From positions 9,220 to 73,219 of the forward strand of contig JBAYKO010000001.1 in the NCBI GenBank assembly GCA_041664605.1: 64,000 bases of DNA, read 5' to 3'. Made by a program: the position numbers and the translations under genes. The notes beneath the pieces were generated by a model, which was not told the DNA's origin, did no database searches, and saw nothing but the letters and a program-made list of their open reading frames with translations. The DNA comes from Minisyncoccota bacterium (lineage in GTDB: Bacteria; Patescibacteriota; Minisyncoccia; Phycocordibacterales; UBA9973). Positions 63,369-64,000 of the stretch are shown here, in pieces; the first letter of the stretch is position 1, and every line of letters begins with the position of its first letter.

Positions 63369-64000
63369 ATGTTATCAGGTGAAATCAGAAATAAATTTCT
63401 AAAATTTTTTGAAGAAAGGGGGCATAAAATAATCGCCTCGTCTTCTCTTGTGCCTGAAAATGATACATCAGTTCTTTTTACTACTGCTGGAATGCAACAA
63501 TTTAAAAAATATTATTCAAACGAAGAATTAGCGGAAAAAGATTTTGGAACAAAAAATGTTGTAACGGTTCAAAAATGTATTCGCACTAGTGATATAGATG
63601 AAGTTGGAGATAATACTCACCTAACTTTTTTTGAAATGCTAGGAAATTTTTCCTTCGGTGGTTATGGGAGAGATGAAGCTATTAAATATGCTTATGAATT
63701 TATTACCAAAGAAATGGGTTTAGAAATCTCTTATGTAACAATATACAAAGGGTCTGAAAATGTTCCAAAAGATGAAGAATCAGAAAAAATTTGGAGAGAA
63801 ATTGGTATTGAAAATATAAAAGAAGAAGGGGATGATGTTTTTTGGGGGCCAACAGGAGATAGTGGTCCATGCGGGAGAACTACAGAAATTTATTGTAAAA
63901 ACGCAACAGGAAAGATGTTGAAGTTTGGAATATTGTTTTTAATGAATATTTCTGTAATGGTTCTCGTGGTCAATTAGATAAAGGTGAAATAAAACTTGAG
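63369..64000 (+). CDS. alaS: alanyl-tRNA synthetase N-terminal part, with an apparent +1 frameshift near 63909..63913; runs off the window
   Basis: FTTAGMQQFK, GPCGRTTEIY in frame 1, then DVEVWNIVFNEYFCNG in the next frame. Confidence 0.8.

Noticed and set aside
1-64000. rRNA genes, tmRNA, RNase P RNA
   Set aside because: No stretches with rRNA-like conserved motifs. No tRNA-like 3' domain with GGUUCGA...CCA outside the annotated tRNAs. No GGAAAGUCCGG P4 motif.

Overview
This 64-kb window comes from a low-GC (about 30%) bacterial chromosome. Conserved genes end at TGA, for example at 32478..32480, so the genetic code is standard (code 11). The gene content suggests a reduced Patescibacteria/CPR-type genome (compact aaRS genes, a motif-degenerate PriA, many small membrane proteins), though I cannot confirm the lineage from sequence alone.

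The layout from left to right is as follows.
- 1..5000: the 3' part of an ABC-F ATPase gene and a 1209-aa surface protein with LVIVD repeats, four tandem DUF5011 Ig-like repeats and a thrombospondin-type-1-like cysteine module.
- About 4979..20738: a roughly 15.7-kb integrated mobile element. It carries a Type III restriction-modification system (mod, an extra DUF3800-like gene, res), an RmuC-family protein, a Cas4-like PD-(D/E)xK nuclease, several unknown genes, a primase/polymerase-SF3 helicase fusion and a large serine recombinase. Its ends are imperfect direct repeats copied from the first codons of ychF, so the element sits in the 5' end of ychF and supplies the start of the working ychF copy.
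- About 20.7..64 kb: housekeeping genes. On the + strand these are ychF, leuS (with an embedded canonical Nudix box), murJ, lepA, an FtsB-like gene, a glutaredoxin, mreB, a holB-like gene, frr, rseP, mltG, mnmA, mgtC and alaS (with an apparent +1 frameshift). On the - strand these are hsp20, a PrsW-like gene, valS, tsaD, trxB, ftsZ, ftsA, ybeY, rpsU and a PriA-like gene whose helicase motifs are degenerate.

Six tRNA genes are present: Gly-CCC, Arg-CCT, Phe-GAA, Val-GAC, Ser-CGA and Glu-TTC. Three of them (Arg, Val, Glu) are preceded by a duplicated 5' tRNA fragment joined to a GC-rich hairpin. In the Glu case a GIY-YIG nuclease gene lies between the fragment and the intact tRNA.

A roughly 500-nt promoter-to-terminator non-coding stretch between valS and tsaD looks like a structured RNA. 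No rRNA genes or CRISPR arrays are present.
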